The position numbers and the translations under genes were made by a program. From an uncultured Candidatus Rokubacteria bacterium (GTDB taxonomy: Bacteria > Methylomirabilota > Methylomirabilia > Rokubacteriales > DASRDR01): DNA of 64,000 nt. The DNA lies in contig CAWGVS010000004.1 of NCBI GenBank assembly GCA_963826115.1, positions 1 through 64,000 on the forward strand. Direction: 5' to 3'. Positions within the stretch are counted from its first letter, which is position 1. Each line of letters begins with the position of its first letter. Positions 9,854 to 20,857 of the stretch are shown here, piece after piece. The notes under the pieces are model-generated. The model was not told the origin of the DNA and made no database searches. It saw only the letters and a program-made list of their open reading frames with translations.

Positions 9854-10846
9854 ATGGGTTCGGCCACGGACACGCTGCCGACCTTTGCCGACGTCCAGGC
9901 GGCCGCCGCGCGGCTTCGCGCGCACGTGGTGCGCACGCCCGTGCTGCGGCATCCCCTGCTCGACGCGCTCGCGGGCGGCACGGTGGTGGTGAAGCCCGAG
10001 CCGCTCCAGCGCACGGGGAGCTTCAAGCTCCGCGGCGCGATGAACGCGGCCCTCCAGATGGATCCCGCGTCGCGGCCGGGCGGCATCGTGTCGTTCTCGT
10101 CGGGCAACCACGGGCAGGCGACCGCGGCGGCGGCGCACGCGCTGGGGATGCCGGCGCTGGTCGCGATGCCGAGCGACGCGCCCGCCATCAAGGTGGAGAG
10201 CACTCGGCGCTGGGGCGCCGAGATCGTGTTCTTCGACCGCCGGGGCACCGACCGGAACGCGCTGGCCGCCCGGCTCGCCGCCGAGCGCGGCGCGACGGTG
10301 ATCCCGCCGTTCGACCATCCGCACGTGATCGCCGGCCAGGGCACCGTCGCCCTCGAGCTGGTCGAGGACGCCAGAGCGGCCGGGCTGACGCTGGACGCGC
10401 TCGCCGTCGCCGCCGGGGGAGGCGGGCTGATCGGCGGCTCTGCCCTGGCCATGGAGGCGGAGGCCCCGGGCGCGGAGGTGTGGGCGGTCGAGCCCGAAGG
10501 CTGGGACGACACGCGGCGATCGCTCGAGGCGGGGCGCCGCGTGTCCAACGACGGCGCCGGGTCCGCCCTGTGCGACGCCCTGCTCTCGATGCTGCCCGGC
10601 GAGCTCACGTTCGCGCTCAACCAGCCCCGTCTCGCCGGCGGGCTGGTCGTCACCGAGGCCGAGATCTTCCGGGCGATGCGCTTCGCCTTCGAGCACCTGA
10701 AGGTGGTCGCCGAGCCCGGCGGCGCGGTCGCCCTGGCGGCCGTGCTGGCGGGCAAGCTCCCGGCGCGGGGGCGCGTCGTGGGCGTCGTGATCAGCGGCGG
10801 CAACGTGGATCCGGCCATCTTCGCCCGCGCGCTCGCCGCCGCCTGA
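9854..10846 (+). CDS. Threonine/serine dehydratase (PLP, fold type II)
   Basis: QRTGSFKLRGA, SSGNHGQ, GQGT, GGGGL, SGGNVD. Confidence 0.92.
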   Translation: MGSATDTLPTFADVQAAAARLRAHVVRTPVLRHPLLDALAGGTVVVKPEPLQRTGSFKLRGAMNAALQMDPASRPGGIVSFSSGNHGQATAAAAHALGMPALVAMPSDAPAIKVESTRRWGAEIVFFDRRGTDRNALAARLAAERGATVIPPFDHPHVIAGQGTVALELVEDARAAGLTLDALAVAAGGGGLIGGSALAMEAEAPGAEVWAVEPEGWDDTRRSLEAGRRVSNDGAGSALCDALLSMLPGELTFALNQPRLAGGLVVTEAEIFRAMRFAFEHLKVVAEPGGAVALAAVLAGKLPARGRVVGVVISGGNVDPAIFARALAAA

Positions 10847-11041
10847 CGCCCGGCGGGTCCCGCCGCGGATCCTGCCCCCGAGGACACCACCGCCGGCCGC
10901 GTCGACCCGGGCTCCGGTGCCGCCGCGTCGCGACCGGCGCCTGGGCCCCCGATCTTCAGTCGGTCGATGCGGCGGCGACCTCCCACCGCCTTCGGGTAGC
11001 GCGGCTCGCGCGGCTGGACGCGCCGGTCGCGCCGCGCGGCG

Positions 11042-12005
11042 TCAGGCGAGGCCGAGGTTCCGGCGGATTCGCGGGAGCGGCTCCTCGGTGTCCGGCGCGA
11101 ACGCGCGGCCGGTCACGAGCTCGTAGGCCTCGATGTAGCGCCGCGCCGCCTCCACGCGCACGTCGTCGGGCATCGGCGGCGGCGCGCCCTCGCCGGTGTA
11201 CCCGATCGCGGCGTAGTGGCGCCGCACGTACTCCTTGTCGAGGGACCGCGGCTCCTCGCCCCGCGCGAGCCGCGCCTCGTAGTCCGCCGCGTACCAGTAG
11301 CGCGAGGAGTCGGGCGTGTGGATCTCGTCGATGAACAGGATCCGCCCGTCCGGCGCCCGGCCGAGCTCGTACTTCGTGTCGACGAGGATCAGGCCCCGCG
11401 CGCGCGCGCGCTCCTGGCCGAAGGCGAACATGCGGAGGCACATCGCCGCGAGCTCGTCGAAGGTCGGCCCGTCCACGAGCCCCCGCTCGATCAGGTCGGC
11501 CCGCGCGACGGTCTCGTCGTGGGCGCCCGTCTCGGCCTTGGTCGACGGCGTGACGAGCGGCTGCGGGAGCGGCTGGTTCTTCCGCATCCCGTCAGGGAGC
11601 GCGTGGCCGGCGAAGCGGCGCGCGCCTGCTTCATAGTGCTTCCAGATCGAGGTGGAGGTGACCCCGGTGAGGTAGGCGCGCACCACCATCTCGACCGGGA
11701 GCGGCCGGCACTCGACGGCGCGCGTCACGTTCGGGTCGGGGACGTCGATCAGGTGGTTCGGCGCGACGTGCGCGCGTCTCCTCGAACCAGTGGGCGGCGA
11801 GCTGGTTCAGCACCTGGCCCTTGAACGGGATCGTGCCCAGCACCACGTCGAACGCGCTCAGGCGATCCGACACGATCAGGATGCGTCGGCCGCCCCGGGA
11901 GTAGCTCTCGCGCACCTTCCCGTGGTAGTGCGCGCCCAGCTCGGGGAGGTCGATGCGGTCGAGGGTCCGCCGGAGTTGCGCGCGCAGGACGTCGTCAGGG
12001 ACCAG
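11042..12005 (-). CDS. purC: SAICAR synthetase, one frameshift near 11770, probable CTG start
   Basis: [19 protein letters not shown] in one frame; [30 protein letters not shown] in another; GGAGG 5 nt before an in-frame CTG at 12005. Confidence 0.88.
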
Positions 12006-12038
12006 GGGGACCTCCGTCAGGCCGCGCGGGTCGCGCCG

Positions 12039-13016
12039 TCACTCCACGAGCTCGTCCGCGTGCTGGAGCACCGACTCGTGAGGCTTGAGGTTGAGCGCCT
12101 TCACCGTCTTCATGTTCACGACGAAGTCGAACTTGGCCGGCGGCTCGACGGGCAGCTCCGCGGGCGCCGCGCCCTTGAGGATCCGGTCGACGGTCGCGGC
12201 GGCCTGCCGCCCGAGCTCCGTCGGATTGGCCGCGTAGGACGCGAGGCCGCCGGCCTCGACCCACTCGCGCTGCCCGTACATCGCGGGGAGGCGGTGCTTG
12301 GCGGCCAGATCCACGATGCGCTGGCGATGGAACGTGAAGAGGGGATCAGGGAGGACGAGCAGCGCGCCCGCGCGCTGCCGGACCATCGTCGCGAAGGCGC
12401 GGTCGAGGTCGTTGGGATTTCGCACCTCGGCCCACTGGAGCTGCACCCCGAGCCCGGGCGCCGCGGCCTCCGCCTCGCGCCGGAGCTGGGTCTGGTAGGC
12501 GAGGCTGGCCGGGTTCCAGAGCGCCGCGACGCGCGTGATCCGGGGCGCGACCTCCATGAGGCGCTGGAGCGCCCGGCCGATCGTCTCGCCGCCAAGGGAG
12601 GCGGTGCCCGTGACGTTCCGGCCGGGCCGCGCGAGACTCTCGACGAGCCCGGCCCCGACCGGATCGTCCACCCCGACCATGACGATGGGCGTCGCGCCGA
12701 GGGCCTGCTTGGCGGCGAGGGCGGCGTCCCTCCCCACGGCGACCACGAGGTCCGAGTTCAGGCTGACCAGCTCCGCCGCCAGGTCCGGCAGGCGGTCGTA
12801 TCGGCCGTCGGCCCACTTGAAGTAGATGGCGACGGTCTTGTCCTCGACGAGGCCGAGCGCGCGGAGTCCCTGCCGGAAGGCCTCGCCGACCGCCGACGGC
12901 TCGGTGACCGCGAGGAAGCCGACACGGGGGATCGAGACCGCCGACTGCGCGCCGGCGAGCGGCGTCGGGCCGAGGAGCGCGAGGGCAATTGCGAGAACGA
13001 GCCGGCGAGGCGTCAC
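12039..13016 (-). CDS. ABC substrate-binding protein (ABC_sub_bind / aromatic-ligand type)
   Basis: Signal peptide, DDPVGAGLVESLARPGRNVTG, GGLASY, ELPVEPPAKFDFVVNMKT. Confidence 0.9.
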   Translation of the reverse strand: MTPRRLVLAIALALLGPTPLAGAQSAVSIPRVGFLAVTEPSAVGEAFRQGLRALGLVEDKTVAIYFKWADGRYDRLPDLAAELVSLNSDLVVAVGRDAALAAKQALGATPIVMVGVDDPVGAGLVESLARPGRNVTGTASLGGETIGRALQRLMEVAPRITRVAALWNPASLAYQTQLRREAEAAAPGLGVQLQWAEVRNPNDLDRAFATMVRQRAGALLVLPDPLFTFHRQRIVDLAAKHRLPAMYGQREWVEAGGLASYAANPTELGRQAAATVDRILKGAAPAELPVEPPAKFDFVVNMKTVKALNLKPHESVLQHADELVE

Positions 13017-13029
13017 GTGGCCCGCGCCG

Positions 13030-13977
13030 TCAGGCGGCCGGCGCGCGCTCGAGGATCCCCGTGAGACAGCCGATGCCGCCGGCCGCCTTCCGGAGCTCGG
13101 CGACGGGCGTCGTGCGACACGCGAGGCCGGCCTTCTCGAAGAAGCGCTCGAAGACCGGGTACCCCTCGGCCATCAGGATCCGCCCGGGCGCGAGCGTGAC
13201 GAAGTTGAGCGCGGTGGTGCGCTCGGCGGCCGCGCCCTCGGGGAGGAACTCGACGCGGTAGCCCCGGTCGCGGAGCGCCTCCACGGCCCGGATGGCGAGG
13301 CGCCCGGGCCACGCGACGGCGAGATCGCGATCGGGGATCCGGAGGGTCCCCATCAGGTGCATCGCGCCCCACGGCAGGTCGACGGTGACCGTCCGGACGC
13401 CCATCTCGCCGAGCGTTGCGGCCACCTGGGCGGCGCCCTCGGCGTTCGTCCGGAGCCCGAGCCCGACGAGGGCCGTGGTCGCGTCGAGCCACATCAGGTC
13501 GGCGCCCTCGAACGTCCCGTGTCCCCGCACCGTCCGGACGATCGGGATCCCGAGGTCCGCCAGGCGCCGCGCGACGGCGACCTCCTCGCCCGCGCGCACC
13601 GTCGACGCGGGCCGGCCGACGATCGCGCCTTCCGGCGTCATGACGAAGAGGTCCGCGCAGAACATGAGGTTCGGCGTCGGCCGGCCCGCGGGCTCGACCC
13701 GGCGGACGGCGACGCCCTCGTCCCGGTACGCCTCGGCCAGCTGATCGTGCTCCGCGGCCGCGCGTCCGGGATCGACCGGCTCGAGCAGCTGCGCGGCGTC
13801 GGGATCCGCCACGGCCAGCTCCGCGCCGGGGCGGTGGAGGAGCACCGCGCGGAGCGGGCTCCACTCGTCGCGGAGGCCGCAGCGGGCCCAGAGGGCGCCG
13901 ATCTCGTCGCGAAGCGACGCGGTCCGCGGGGACCAGCCGTCCCCGCCGTAGGCGGCCGCCGCGCTCGGGTCGGACAT
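13030..13977 (-). CDS. Amidinotransferase / dimethylarginine dimethylaminohydrolase family
   Basis: Start MSDPSAAAAYGG; EWSPLRAVLLHRPG, FEGAD, MHL, C-terminal GGIGCLT. Confidence 0.85.
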   Translation of the reverse strand: MSDPSAAAAYGGDGWSPRTASLRDEIGALWARCGLRDEWSPLRAVLLHRPGAELAVADPDAAQLLEPVDPGRAAAEHDQLAEAYRDEGVAVRRVEPAGRPTPNLMFCADLFVMTPEGAIVGRPASTVRAGEEVAVARRLADLGIPIVRTVRGHGTFEGADLMWLDATTALVGLGLRTNAEGAAQVAATLGEMGVRTVTVDLPWGAMHLMGTLRIPDRDLAVAWPGRLAIRAVEALRDRGYRVEFLPEGAAAERTTALNFVTLAPGRILMAEGYPVFERFFEKAGLACRTTPVAELRKAAGGIGCLTGILERAPAA

Positions 13978-14021
13978 GGGCGTCACGCTAGCAGAGGGCC
14001 GGCGCGGGCGCCAGCGGAGGG

Positions 14022-14729
14022 TCAGGTCTCGAGCTGGCGAGCGAGGTCGAGGAAGTCGGCGGCGACCACGTCCCAGTCGGCCGCGGGCGCGAGGTCGGAC
14101 GTCTGCCCCGGTCCGTACTCGGTGGGGCGCGGGACGAACGCCGTCCGGAGCCCGCAGCCCCGGGCGGCGGCGAGATCGTAGTTGTGGGCGGCGACCATCA
14201 TGACCTCGTCCGGCCGGAGGCCGAGGAGCCCGACGGCCGTCCGGTAGGTCTCGGGCCGCGGCTTGTAGCAGCGGGCGTTCTCGGCGGTGATGACGCAGTC
14301 CCACGGGAGCCCGGCGAAGCGGGCCAGGTGCACCATGCCGGCGAAGCTCCCGTTCGACAGCGGCGACAGGACGAACCGCGTCCGGAGCCGCCGGAGGCCC
14401 GGGACGGCGTCGGGCCAGGGATGAAGGCGCCACCAGACGCGGGTGAGGTGCAGGAGGTCGGCCTCGCCGAGACCCTCGATGCCGTGCTGGGGCAGGATCT
14501 CGTCCAGGCGCCGGCGGTAGATCGTCTCGACCGTCGTCCAGGGCCACTCGCCGGAGTTGACCCGGTCCATGCCCGGCCGGTAGCCGGCCTTCCACTCGGT
14601 GAGGAAGCGCGCCCAGTCGATGTCGAGCCCCCGGGCGGCCCCGAAGGCGACGAGCTCGGCGAGGACGCTGTCACGCCAGTCCACGACCGTGCCGAACGTG
14701 TCGAACAGAAGCGCCTGGACCGTCACCAT
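14022..14729 (-). CDS. Haloacid dehalogenase type II
   Basis: FDTFGTVVDW, LSNG, YKPRPETY, MVAAHNYDL. Confidence 0.9.
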   Translation of the reverse strand: MVTVQALLFDTFGTVVDWRDSVLAELVAFGAARGLDIDWARFLTEWKAGYRPGMDRVNSGEWPWTTVETIYRRRLDEILPQHGIEGLGEADLLHLTRVWWRLHPWPDAVPGLRRLRTRFVLSPLSNGSFAGMVHLARFAGLPWDCVITAENARCYKPRPETYRTAVGLLGLRPDEVMMVAAHNYDLAAARGCGLRTAFVPRPTEYGPGQTSDLAPAADWDVVAADFLDLARQLET

Positions 14730-14813
14730 CAAACTCGGGGTCAGGCCTTAACTTTGATATTCGCCGGTGGCGCGGCGAACCATCAAAGTTAAGGCCTGAC
14801 CCCGGAGTTTGAT
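14728..14813. repeat. 86-bp inverted repeat (REPIN/MITE-like hairpin)
   Basis: Arms ATCAAACTCGGGGTCAGGCCTTAACTTTGAT (14728-14758) and its inverse (14782-14813, one extra base); inner TTCGCCG/CGGCGAA stem. Confidence 0.9.
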
Positions 14814-14814
14814 T

Positions 14815-16050
14815 TCAGCGGCGGAGGCGGGTGCGGATCCGATCGACGGCTTCCTCGGTCTGGTCGCGGCGGCCGAAGGCGGTGAAGCGGAAGTAGCCCT
14901 CGCCGCTCGGCCCGAAGCCGACCCCCGGGGTCCCGACGACGTGGGCCTCGGTGAGCAGGCGGTCGAAGAAGGCCCAGGAGTCGAGGCCCGGCGGCGTCTT
15001 GACCCAGATGTACGGGGCGTTCTCGCCGCCGTAGACGTGGAACCCCGCGGCCCGGAGCCCGTCGCGGATGATCCCTGCGTTCTCCATGTAGAAGTCGACG
15101 GCCGCCCGCACTTCCTTCCGCCCCTCGTCGGTGTAGCTGGCGGCGGCGCCCTTCTGGACGACGTAGGGCACGCCGTTGAACTTGGTCGACTGCCGACGGA
15201 ACCAGAGCGCGTGGAGGCTCGACGGCTCGCCGCTCGCCGTGCGGCCCTGGAGCTCCTTCGGGACGACGGTGAACGCGCACCGCGTGCCCGTGAACCCCGC
15301 CGTCTTCGAGAAGCTCCGGAACTCGATGGCGCACTCCCGCGCGCCCTCGATCTCGAAGATCGAGTGGGGCACGTCGGGGTCGCGGATGTACGCCTCGTAC
15401 GCCGCGTCGTAGAGGATGACCGCCTGGTGCCGGCGGGCCCAGTCGACCCACGTGCGGAGCACGTCGCGGGGCAGCGTCGCCCCGGTCGGGTTGTTCGGGT
15501 AGCAGAGATAGAGGAGGTCGACCGGTCGATCCGGGAGGGCCGGGCGGAAGCCGTTCTCGGCGGTGGCCGGGAGATAGAGGAGCCGGGAGTAGCGCCCGTC
15601 GTCGCCGATCGTGCCCGCGCGCCCGGCCATGGCGTTCGTGTCCACATAGGCGGGATACACGGGGTCGACCAGGGCGACCCGGGCGTCCGCGGCGAAGATC
15701 TCCTGGATGTTCCCGGTGTCGCTCTTGGCGCCGTCGCTCACGAAGATCTCGTCGGTCGCGACGCGGACCCCCCGCGCGCCGTAGTCGTGGGCGGCGATCT
15801 GCTCGGTCAGGAACTCGTACCCCGTCTCCGGTCCGTAGCCCCGGAAGGTCTCGGCGCGCGCCATCTCGTCGACGGCCTCGTGCATGGCGCGCACGACCGC
15901 CGGCGCGAGCGGCAGCGTGACGTCCCCGATGCCGAGGCGGATGAGCCGGGCGTCCGGGTGGGCGGCGGCGAAGGTCTTCACGCGGCGCGCGATCTCGGAG
16001 AAGAGGTAGGTCGGCGTGAGCGTGAGGTAGTGCTCGTTGATCTGGACCAC
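14815..16050 (-). CDS. dapL: LL-diaminopimelate aminotransferase
   Basis: [61 protein letters not shown]. Confidence 0.93.
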   Translation of the reverse strand: MVQINEHYLTLTPTYLFSEIARRVKTFAAAHPDARLIRLGIGDVTLPLAPAVVRAMHEAVDEMARAETFRGYGPETGYEFLTEQIAAHDYGARGVRVATDEIFVSDGAKSDTGNIQEIFAADARVALVDPVYPAYVDTNAMAGRAGTIGDDGRYSRLLYLPATAENGFRPALPDRPVDLLYLCYPNNPTGATLPRDVLRTWVDWARRHQAVILYDAAYEAYIRDPDVPHSIFEIEGARECAIEFRSFSKTAGFTGTRCAFTVVPKELQGRTASGEPSSLHALWFRRQSTKFNGVPYVVQKGAAASYTDEGRKEVRAAVDFYMENAGIIRDGLRAAGFHVYGGENAPYIWVKTPPGLDSWAFFDRLLTEAHVVGTPGVGFGPSGEGYFRFTAFGRRDQTEEAVDRIRTRLRR

Positions 16051-16172
16051 GATCGTCTCCCGGCGTGTGAGGTGGTTGTTCGGGAATTCTAGCACTGGTT
16101 GACGCCCCGGCGGGGATCGCCCACCATTCTGGCCAGGAGTCCGCCCGACCGGCGGACCACGGGAGGAGAGGC

Positions 16173-17456
16173 ATGACGGCGCGGACGCGGAACGCTCACG
16201 AGCTGGAGCTGGTGGCGAAGGCGGGGCGGTACCTGGCCGGGGGCACCCTCGGCAACCTGGTGGCCGACGACGTGATCCTCGCGCGGGGGCAGGGGAGCCG
16301 GGTGTGGGACGTGAGCGGCCACGAGTACATCGACTATCTCCTCGGCTCGGGGCCGATGCTGGTGGGCCACGCGCATCCCGAGGTGGTGGCCGCCGTCCAC
16401 GAGCAGCTCGAGCTCGGCTCGACGTTCTTCGCGAACAACGAGCGCGCCATCCTCCTCGCCGAGGAGATCTCGAAGGCGATGCCGTGCGCCGAGAAGATCC
16501 GCTTCTGCAGCTCCGGCACCGAGGCCACTCTCTACGCGATGCGCGTCGCGCGGGCGTTCCGCCGGCGCGACCGGATCCTGAAGTTCGAGGGCGGCTTCCA
16601 CGGCATGCACGACTACGCCGTGATGGGCATGAGCCCGCCGTCGCCGGCCCAGTTCCCGGCGGCCGTTCCGGACTCGGCGGGCATCCCCCAGGCCGTCGCG
16701 TCGACGATGCTGGTCGCGCCGTTCAACGACCTCGAGACCACGGCGGCCATCGTCGACCGCCACCGCGACGAATTGGCCGGCGTGATCGTGGAGCCCTTCC
16801 AGCGCGTGCTCGCGCCGAAGCCCGGCTTCCTGGCGGGGCTTCGCGAGCTGACCGCGCGCCACGCGATCCCGCTCATCTTCGACGAGGTGGTGACCTCGTT
16901 CCGGTTCGCCTACGGCGGGGCCCAGGAGTTCTACGGCGTGACGCCAGACCTCTGCGCCCTCGGCAAGGCGGTGGGGGGCGGCTTCGCCCTGACGGCCGTC
17001 GCGGGCCGCGAGGAGCTGATGGCCCACTTCGACCAGTCCCGCGTGGGGCGGGAGCACTTCATCCCGCAGGTCGGGACGCTCAGCGGGAACCCGATCGCGA
17101 CGGCCGCGGGGCTCGCCACCGTGCGGATCCTGAAGCGGCCCGGGACGTACGAGCGGATGCACGCGCTCGGCCGGGAGCTGAAGCAGGCGCTCCAGTCGAT
17201 CTGCGACCGCGCGGGCGTCCCGGCGCGGGTCGTGGGCGAGGGAGTCCTGTTCGAGATCTACTTCACCGACGAGCCGATCACCGACTACCGGTCGACGCTC
17301 AAGGCGGACAAGGCGAAGCTGACCCGGTTCGTGGCGCTCCTCCGCGAGCGCGGGATCTTCCGCGGCGCGTCGAAGTTCTACCTTTCCATCGTCCACGACG
17401 AGCGGGACGTCAAGGAGACGACGGAGGCGTTCGAATCGGCGGTCGCCGCGCTGTAG
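16173..17456 (+). CDS. Class III aminotransferase, glutamate-1-semialdehyde aminomutase-like
   Basis: [44 protein letters not shown]. Confidence 0.88.
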   Translation: MTARTRNAHELELVAKAGRYLAGGTLGNLVADDVILARGQGSRVWDVSGHEYIDYLLGSGPMLVGHAHPEVVAAVHEQLELGSTFFANNERAILLAEEISKAMPCAEKIRFCSSGTEATLYAMRVARAFRRRDRILKFEGGFHGMHDYAVMGMSPPSPAQFPAAVPDSAGIPQAVASTMLVAPFNDLETTAAIVDRHRDELAGVIVEPFQRVLAPKPGFLAGLRELTARHAIPLIFDEVVTSFRFAYGGAQEFYGVTPDLCALGKAVGGGFALTAVAGREELMAHFDQSRVGREHFIPQVGTLSGNPIATAAGLATVRILKRPGTYERMHALGRELKQALQSICDRAGVPARVVGEGVLFEIYFTDEPITDYRSTLKADKAKLTRFVALLRERGIFRGASKFYLSIVHDERDVKETTEAFESAVAAL

Positions 17457-17519
17457 CTGCGCGCGGAGCGGGCGCGCGGCGGCCCTCGGCCGCGCGCCGT
17501 GATCGCCTGACGGTGGCGG

Positions 17520-19925
17520 CTAGCGGACGCCGCCCGCGGGCGCGGCGTCGAGGACCTCCCGCACCTTGTGGGCGAGGTCCGACGCCGTGAACGGCTTCGG
17601 CAGGAAGGCCGTGCCAGTTTCCGACACGCCCTGGTGCAGGATGGCGTCGTCGGTGTAGCCGGACACGTAGAGCACCTTCGTCTCGCGGCGCCCCGCCTTC
17701 AGGTGGTCGGCGAGCTCCCGCCCCCCCATCTGCGGCATCACCACGTCCGTGACCAGGAGGTGGATGGGGCCGCCGTGCTCGCGGCCGATCCGGAGCGCCT
17801 CGTCGCCGTCGGCCGCCTCCAGCACCGTGTAGCCCTGCTGGTGGAGGATGTCCCGCGCGAGGCCGCGGACCTCGGGCTCGTCCTCGACCAGGAGGACCGT
17901 CTCCGAGCCGTGGGGCGCGGCCGTCGGGATCGCGGGGTCCCCGCGGAGGTCGGCGGGGGCGTCCACCCGCGGCAGGTCGATCGTGAACGTGGCGCCCTGC
18001 CCGGGCTCGCTGTCGACGCGGATCGCGCCCCCGCTCTGGGTCACGATCCCGTAAACCGTCGCCAGCCCGAGGCCGGTGCCCTTGCCCGGCCCCTTGGTCG
18101 TGAAGAAGGGCTCGAAGAGGTGCGCCTTGATGAGCCCGTCCATCCCGACGCCGGTGTCGCGGACGGTCAGTCGCACGTGCGGCCCGGGCCGGAGCCCGAC
18201 GTGCTGGCGGGCAAACCCCTCGTCGATCCGAACGAAGCCCGTCTCGAGGGTGAGCCGCCCGCCGAGCGGCATGGCGTCCCGCGCGTTGACCGCCAGGTTG
18301 ACGATCATCTGCTCGAGCTGGGCCGGGTCCGCCCGGACGCACCCCGCGGTGGCGTCGAGGCGGGTGGCGAGGGAGATGTCCTCGCCGATCAGGCGGCTCA
18401 GCATCGTCTCCATGCCGCGGACGACCTCGTTCACGTCGACGACGCGGGGCTGCACCATCTGCTTCCGGCTGAAGGCGAGGAGCTGCCGCGTGAGGGCGGA
18501 GGCGCGATGGGCCGTCTCCTCCACGAGCTCCACGTCGCGGCGCATCGGGCTCTCGGGCGGGAGCTTCAGGAGGAGGAGCTGGCTCCGGCCCGTGATGACC
18601 GTCAGGAGGTTGTTGAAGTCGTGGGCCACGCCGCCCGCGAGGCGCCCGACCGCCTCCATCTTCTGGGCGTGGCGGAGCTGGGCCTCGAGGGCCCGCACCG
18701 CCGTGAGGTCCCGCACGACGACGATGACCCCGAGGTCCTGGCCCTCGCCGCCCTTCAGCATGGCCGTCGTGGCCTCGACGGGCACCATGCCGCCCGCGCG
18801 GATCGGCAGGGAGACGGTCGCCGTGCGCCCGGTGCGCCACTGGAGGGCCGCCTGGAGGATCGCCACCAGCTCGGGGGCGTGGTCCAGGACCTCGGTCACG
18901 TGGCGGCCGCGGGCCGCGGCGACGGTCGGGGAGCCCAGGAGCGACTCGGCGGCGCCGTTCAGGGTCACCACCCGGCCGTCGAGATCGAGGGTCACGATCC
19001 CGTTCACCAGGGAGTCGAGGATGTGGTCGGTGTAGCTCTTGAGGTCCGAGAGCTCGGCGAAGCGGCGACGGAGCTCGGCGTGCGCCGCCTCGAGGGCCGT
19101 CCGCCCCTCGAGGAGCGCCGAGCGCTGCTCCTGGAGCTGGCCCGCCATCTCGTTGAAGGCGCTGGCGAGCTGGCCGATCTCGTCGGACGTCGTCGGCTCG
19201 ACGCGCTGGTCGAGCTCGCCCCGGGAGATCGCGCCCGCGCCGGCCGCGAGCTGCTGGACCGGGTGCGCGATCCGCCGCGCGACCAGGGCCGACGCCAGGC
19301 CCGCGCCGCCGAGGACCAGGATCGCCAGCAGGATCAGCTGGCGGCGGGTGGCGGCGATCTCGCGCTCCATCCGGTGGCGGGAGAGGCCGACCCGGGCCGT
19401 GCCCCACCGCTGGGCGTCCACGCGGATCGGGACGGCGAAGTCGTAGAGCGCGGCGCCGTCGGCCCCGTCGATCTCCTGGGCCAGCGTGGCCTCCGTCGAC
19501 AGGATCCGGTCGAGCGCGCCGCCGGTGAGGAGCGTGCCGACGACCTCCGGCCGGTGGTTGTGCGCGGCGACGCGGCCGTCGCGGTCGAGGATCATCGCGT
19601 AGGAGACGTCGACCTCGGTCGTGAGCCGCGCCACGTTCTGCTCGAGCTGCGTGTAGTTGTAGAGCACGAGCGGCCCGGTGGAGACGGCGGCCAGGTCGCG
19701 GGCGAGCGAGTCCCCGCGGCGCTGGACCTCCCGGATGATCGCCTCCCGCTGGCGGTGCTCGACGATCAGGACGAGGGCGCTCATGACCGCGGCGACGACG
19801 AGGAGGGTCCCGACCAGGAACTTCGCCTGGAGCGAGAGGAAGCGGCCGGTGTTGGGGCTTGCCGTCGCCCGGAGTCGGGCGGCGGCCTGGGCGGATTCGC
19901 GCGCGTCGGGTCGGTCGGTCGTCAC
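17520..19925 (-). CDS. Hybrid sensor histidine kinase (TM-sensor-HAMP-PAS-HisKA-HATPase-REC)
   Basis: DEIGQLASAFN, AHDFNNLL, NLAVNARDA, FFTTKGPGKGTGLGL, LLVTDVVMP; AGGAGGAG RBS before GTG at 19925. Confidence 0.93.
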   Translation of the reverse strand: MTTDRPDARESAQAAARLRATASPNTGRFLSLQAKFLVGTLLVVAAVMSALVLIVEHRQREAIIREVQRRGDSLARDLAAVSTGPLVLYNYTQLEQNVARLTTEVDVSYAMILDRDGRVAAHNHRPEVVGTLLTGGALDRILSTEATLAQEIDGADGAALYDFAVPIRVDAQRWGTARVGLSRHRMEREIAATRRQLILLAILVLGGAGLASALVARRIAHPVQQLAAGAGAISRGELDQRVEPTTSDEIGQLASAFNEMAGQLQEQRSALLEGRTALEAAHAELRRRFAELSDLKSYTDHILDSLVNGIVTLDLDGRVVTLNGAAESLLGSPTVAAARGRHVTEVLDHAPELVAILQAALQWRTGRTATVSLPIRAGGMVPVEATTAMLKGGEGQDLGVIVVVRDLTAVRALEAQLRHAQKMEAVGRLAGGVAHDFNNLLTVITGRSQLLLLKLPPESPMRRDVELVEETAHRASALTRQLLAFSRKQMVQPRVVDVNEVVRGMETMLSRLIGEDISLATRLDATAGCVRADPAQLEQMIVNLAVNARDAMPLGGRLTLETGFVRIDEGFARQHVGLRPGPHVRLTVRDTGVGMDGLIKAHLFEPFFTTKGPGKGTGLGLATVYGIVTQSGGAIRVDSEPGQGATFTIDLPRVDAPADLRGDPAIPTAAPHGSETVLLVEDEPEVRGLARDILHQQGYTVLEAADGDEALRIGREHGGPIHLLVTDVVMPQMGGRELADHLKAGRRETKVLYVSGYTDDAILHQGVSETGTAFLPKPFTASDLAHKVREVLDAAPAGGVR

Positions 19926-20193
19926 GCTCCTCCTCTGACCGGGATCCCGGGGGGCCCTCCCGCAGGCCCAAGTAGGCCTGAAATCTAGGCCAGGGGGCCC
20001 TTCCGGGTCAAGGAATACCTCCCCCGTGAACATCGGCCCCCGGTTTCGGGTCCAACGGTGCGCTGGGCGGGGCGCGCGCGCTGCCGCCGGGGGGGCCCGT
20101 TCGTGGACAGTCCCGCGACCCGGGCGGTAGACTCTCCACGAGAGCGCGTGGAGTGGGTGGACGCCGGCGCCTCGGGGCGCCAGGAGGGGTCAC

Positions 20194-20832
20194 GTGCGGA
20201 TCCGAATCGTGCACCGGGTGGTCGCTGCGGGCCTCTTGGCCGTCGTCCTTGCCGGGTGCACCGCCGCCAACGACGGCGCCCTGAAGGGCGGGGTGATCGG
20301 GGCGGCCACCGGCGGCGTGATCGGCGGCGCCGCCGGGCGCTCCCCGGCGGCCATGGGCCTGGGGGCCCTGATCGGCGGCCTGCTCGGCGCCCTGACGGGC
20401 GAGGTCGTCCAGAACCGGCAGGTGGCCGCCGCGAGCCCGCCCCCGCCGCCGCCCCCCCCGCCCGCGGGTGCGCCGCCGCCCCCCCCGCCCCCGGGCCAAT
20501 GGTCGGTCGTGACCGCGCCGCCGACCCCGGGCGGCCCGCCGCCCCCGGGGCCCGGACAGCCGCCTGACCCGACGATGGGCGTGATCACCAACGGCACCCA
20601 GTGGGAGATCCAGGTCTACATGGACCTGCCGCCGGGCTCGCCGAGCCCGCTGGTCCTGAAGCCGGGCATGCAGGCGCCCGTGGTGCTGGACATCGGCCAG
20701 CACCGGATCGTGGCGCAGGCCTTCGTCGACACGCAGCTCGGGCGCCGTCTCGTCGGGACGTTCGACCGCACATTGACGGTCGACCCGCGGGCTCCCGGCT
20801 GGACGATCCATTTCTTTCCGGCCAACTTCTGA
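20194..20832 (+). CDS. Lipoprotein with glycine zipper and polyproline linker
   Basis: LAGC lipobox, GGVIGAATGGVIG zipper, PPPPPPPP tracts, beta-rich C-terminus. Confidence 0.75.
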   Translation: MRIRIVHRVVAAGLLAVVLAGCTAANDGALKGGVIGAATGGVIGGAAGRSPAAMGLGALIGGLLGALTGEVVQNRQVAAASPPPPPPPPPAGAPPPPPPPGQWSVVTAPPTPGGPPPPGPGQPPDPTMGVITNGTQWEIQVYMDLPPGSPSPLVLKPGMQAPVVLDIGQHRIVAQAFVDTQLGRRLVGTFDRTLTVDPRAPGWTIHFFPANF

Positions 20833-20857
20833 GCGGAATGTAGGAGGAAGTCGAACC

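Noticed and set aside
16173-17456. Calling this gene hemL
   Set aside because: GSA-like, but the N-terminus lacks the usual PGGVNSPVR motif; likely a paralogue
19930-20060. Riboswitch upstream of the hybrid kinase
   Set aside because: GC-rich stems are present but I recognise no c-di-GMP or other riboswitch consensus; an Rfam scan is needed
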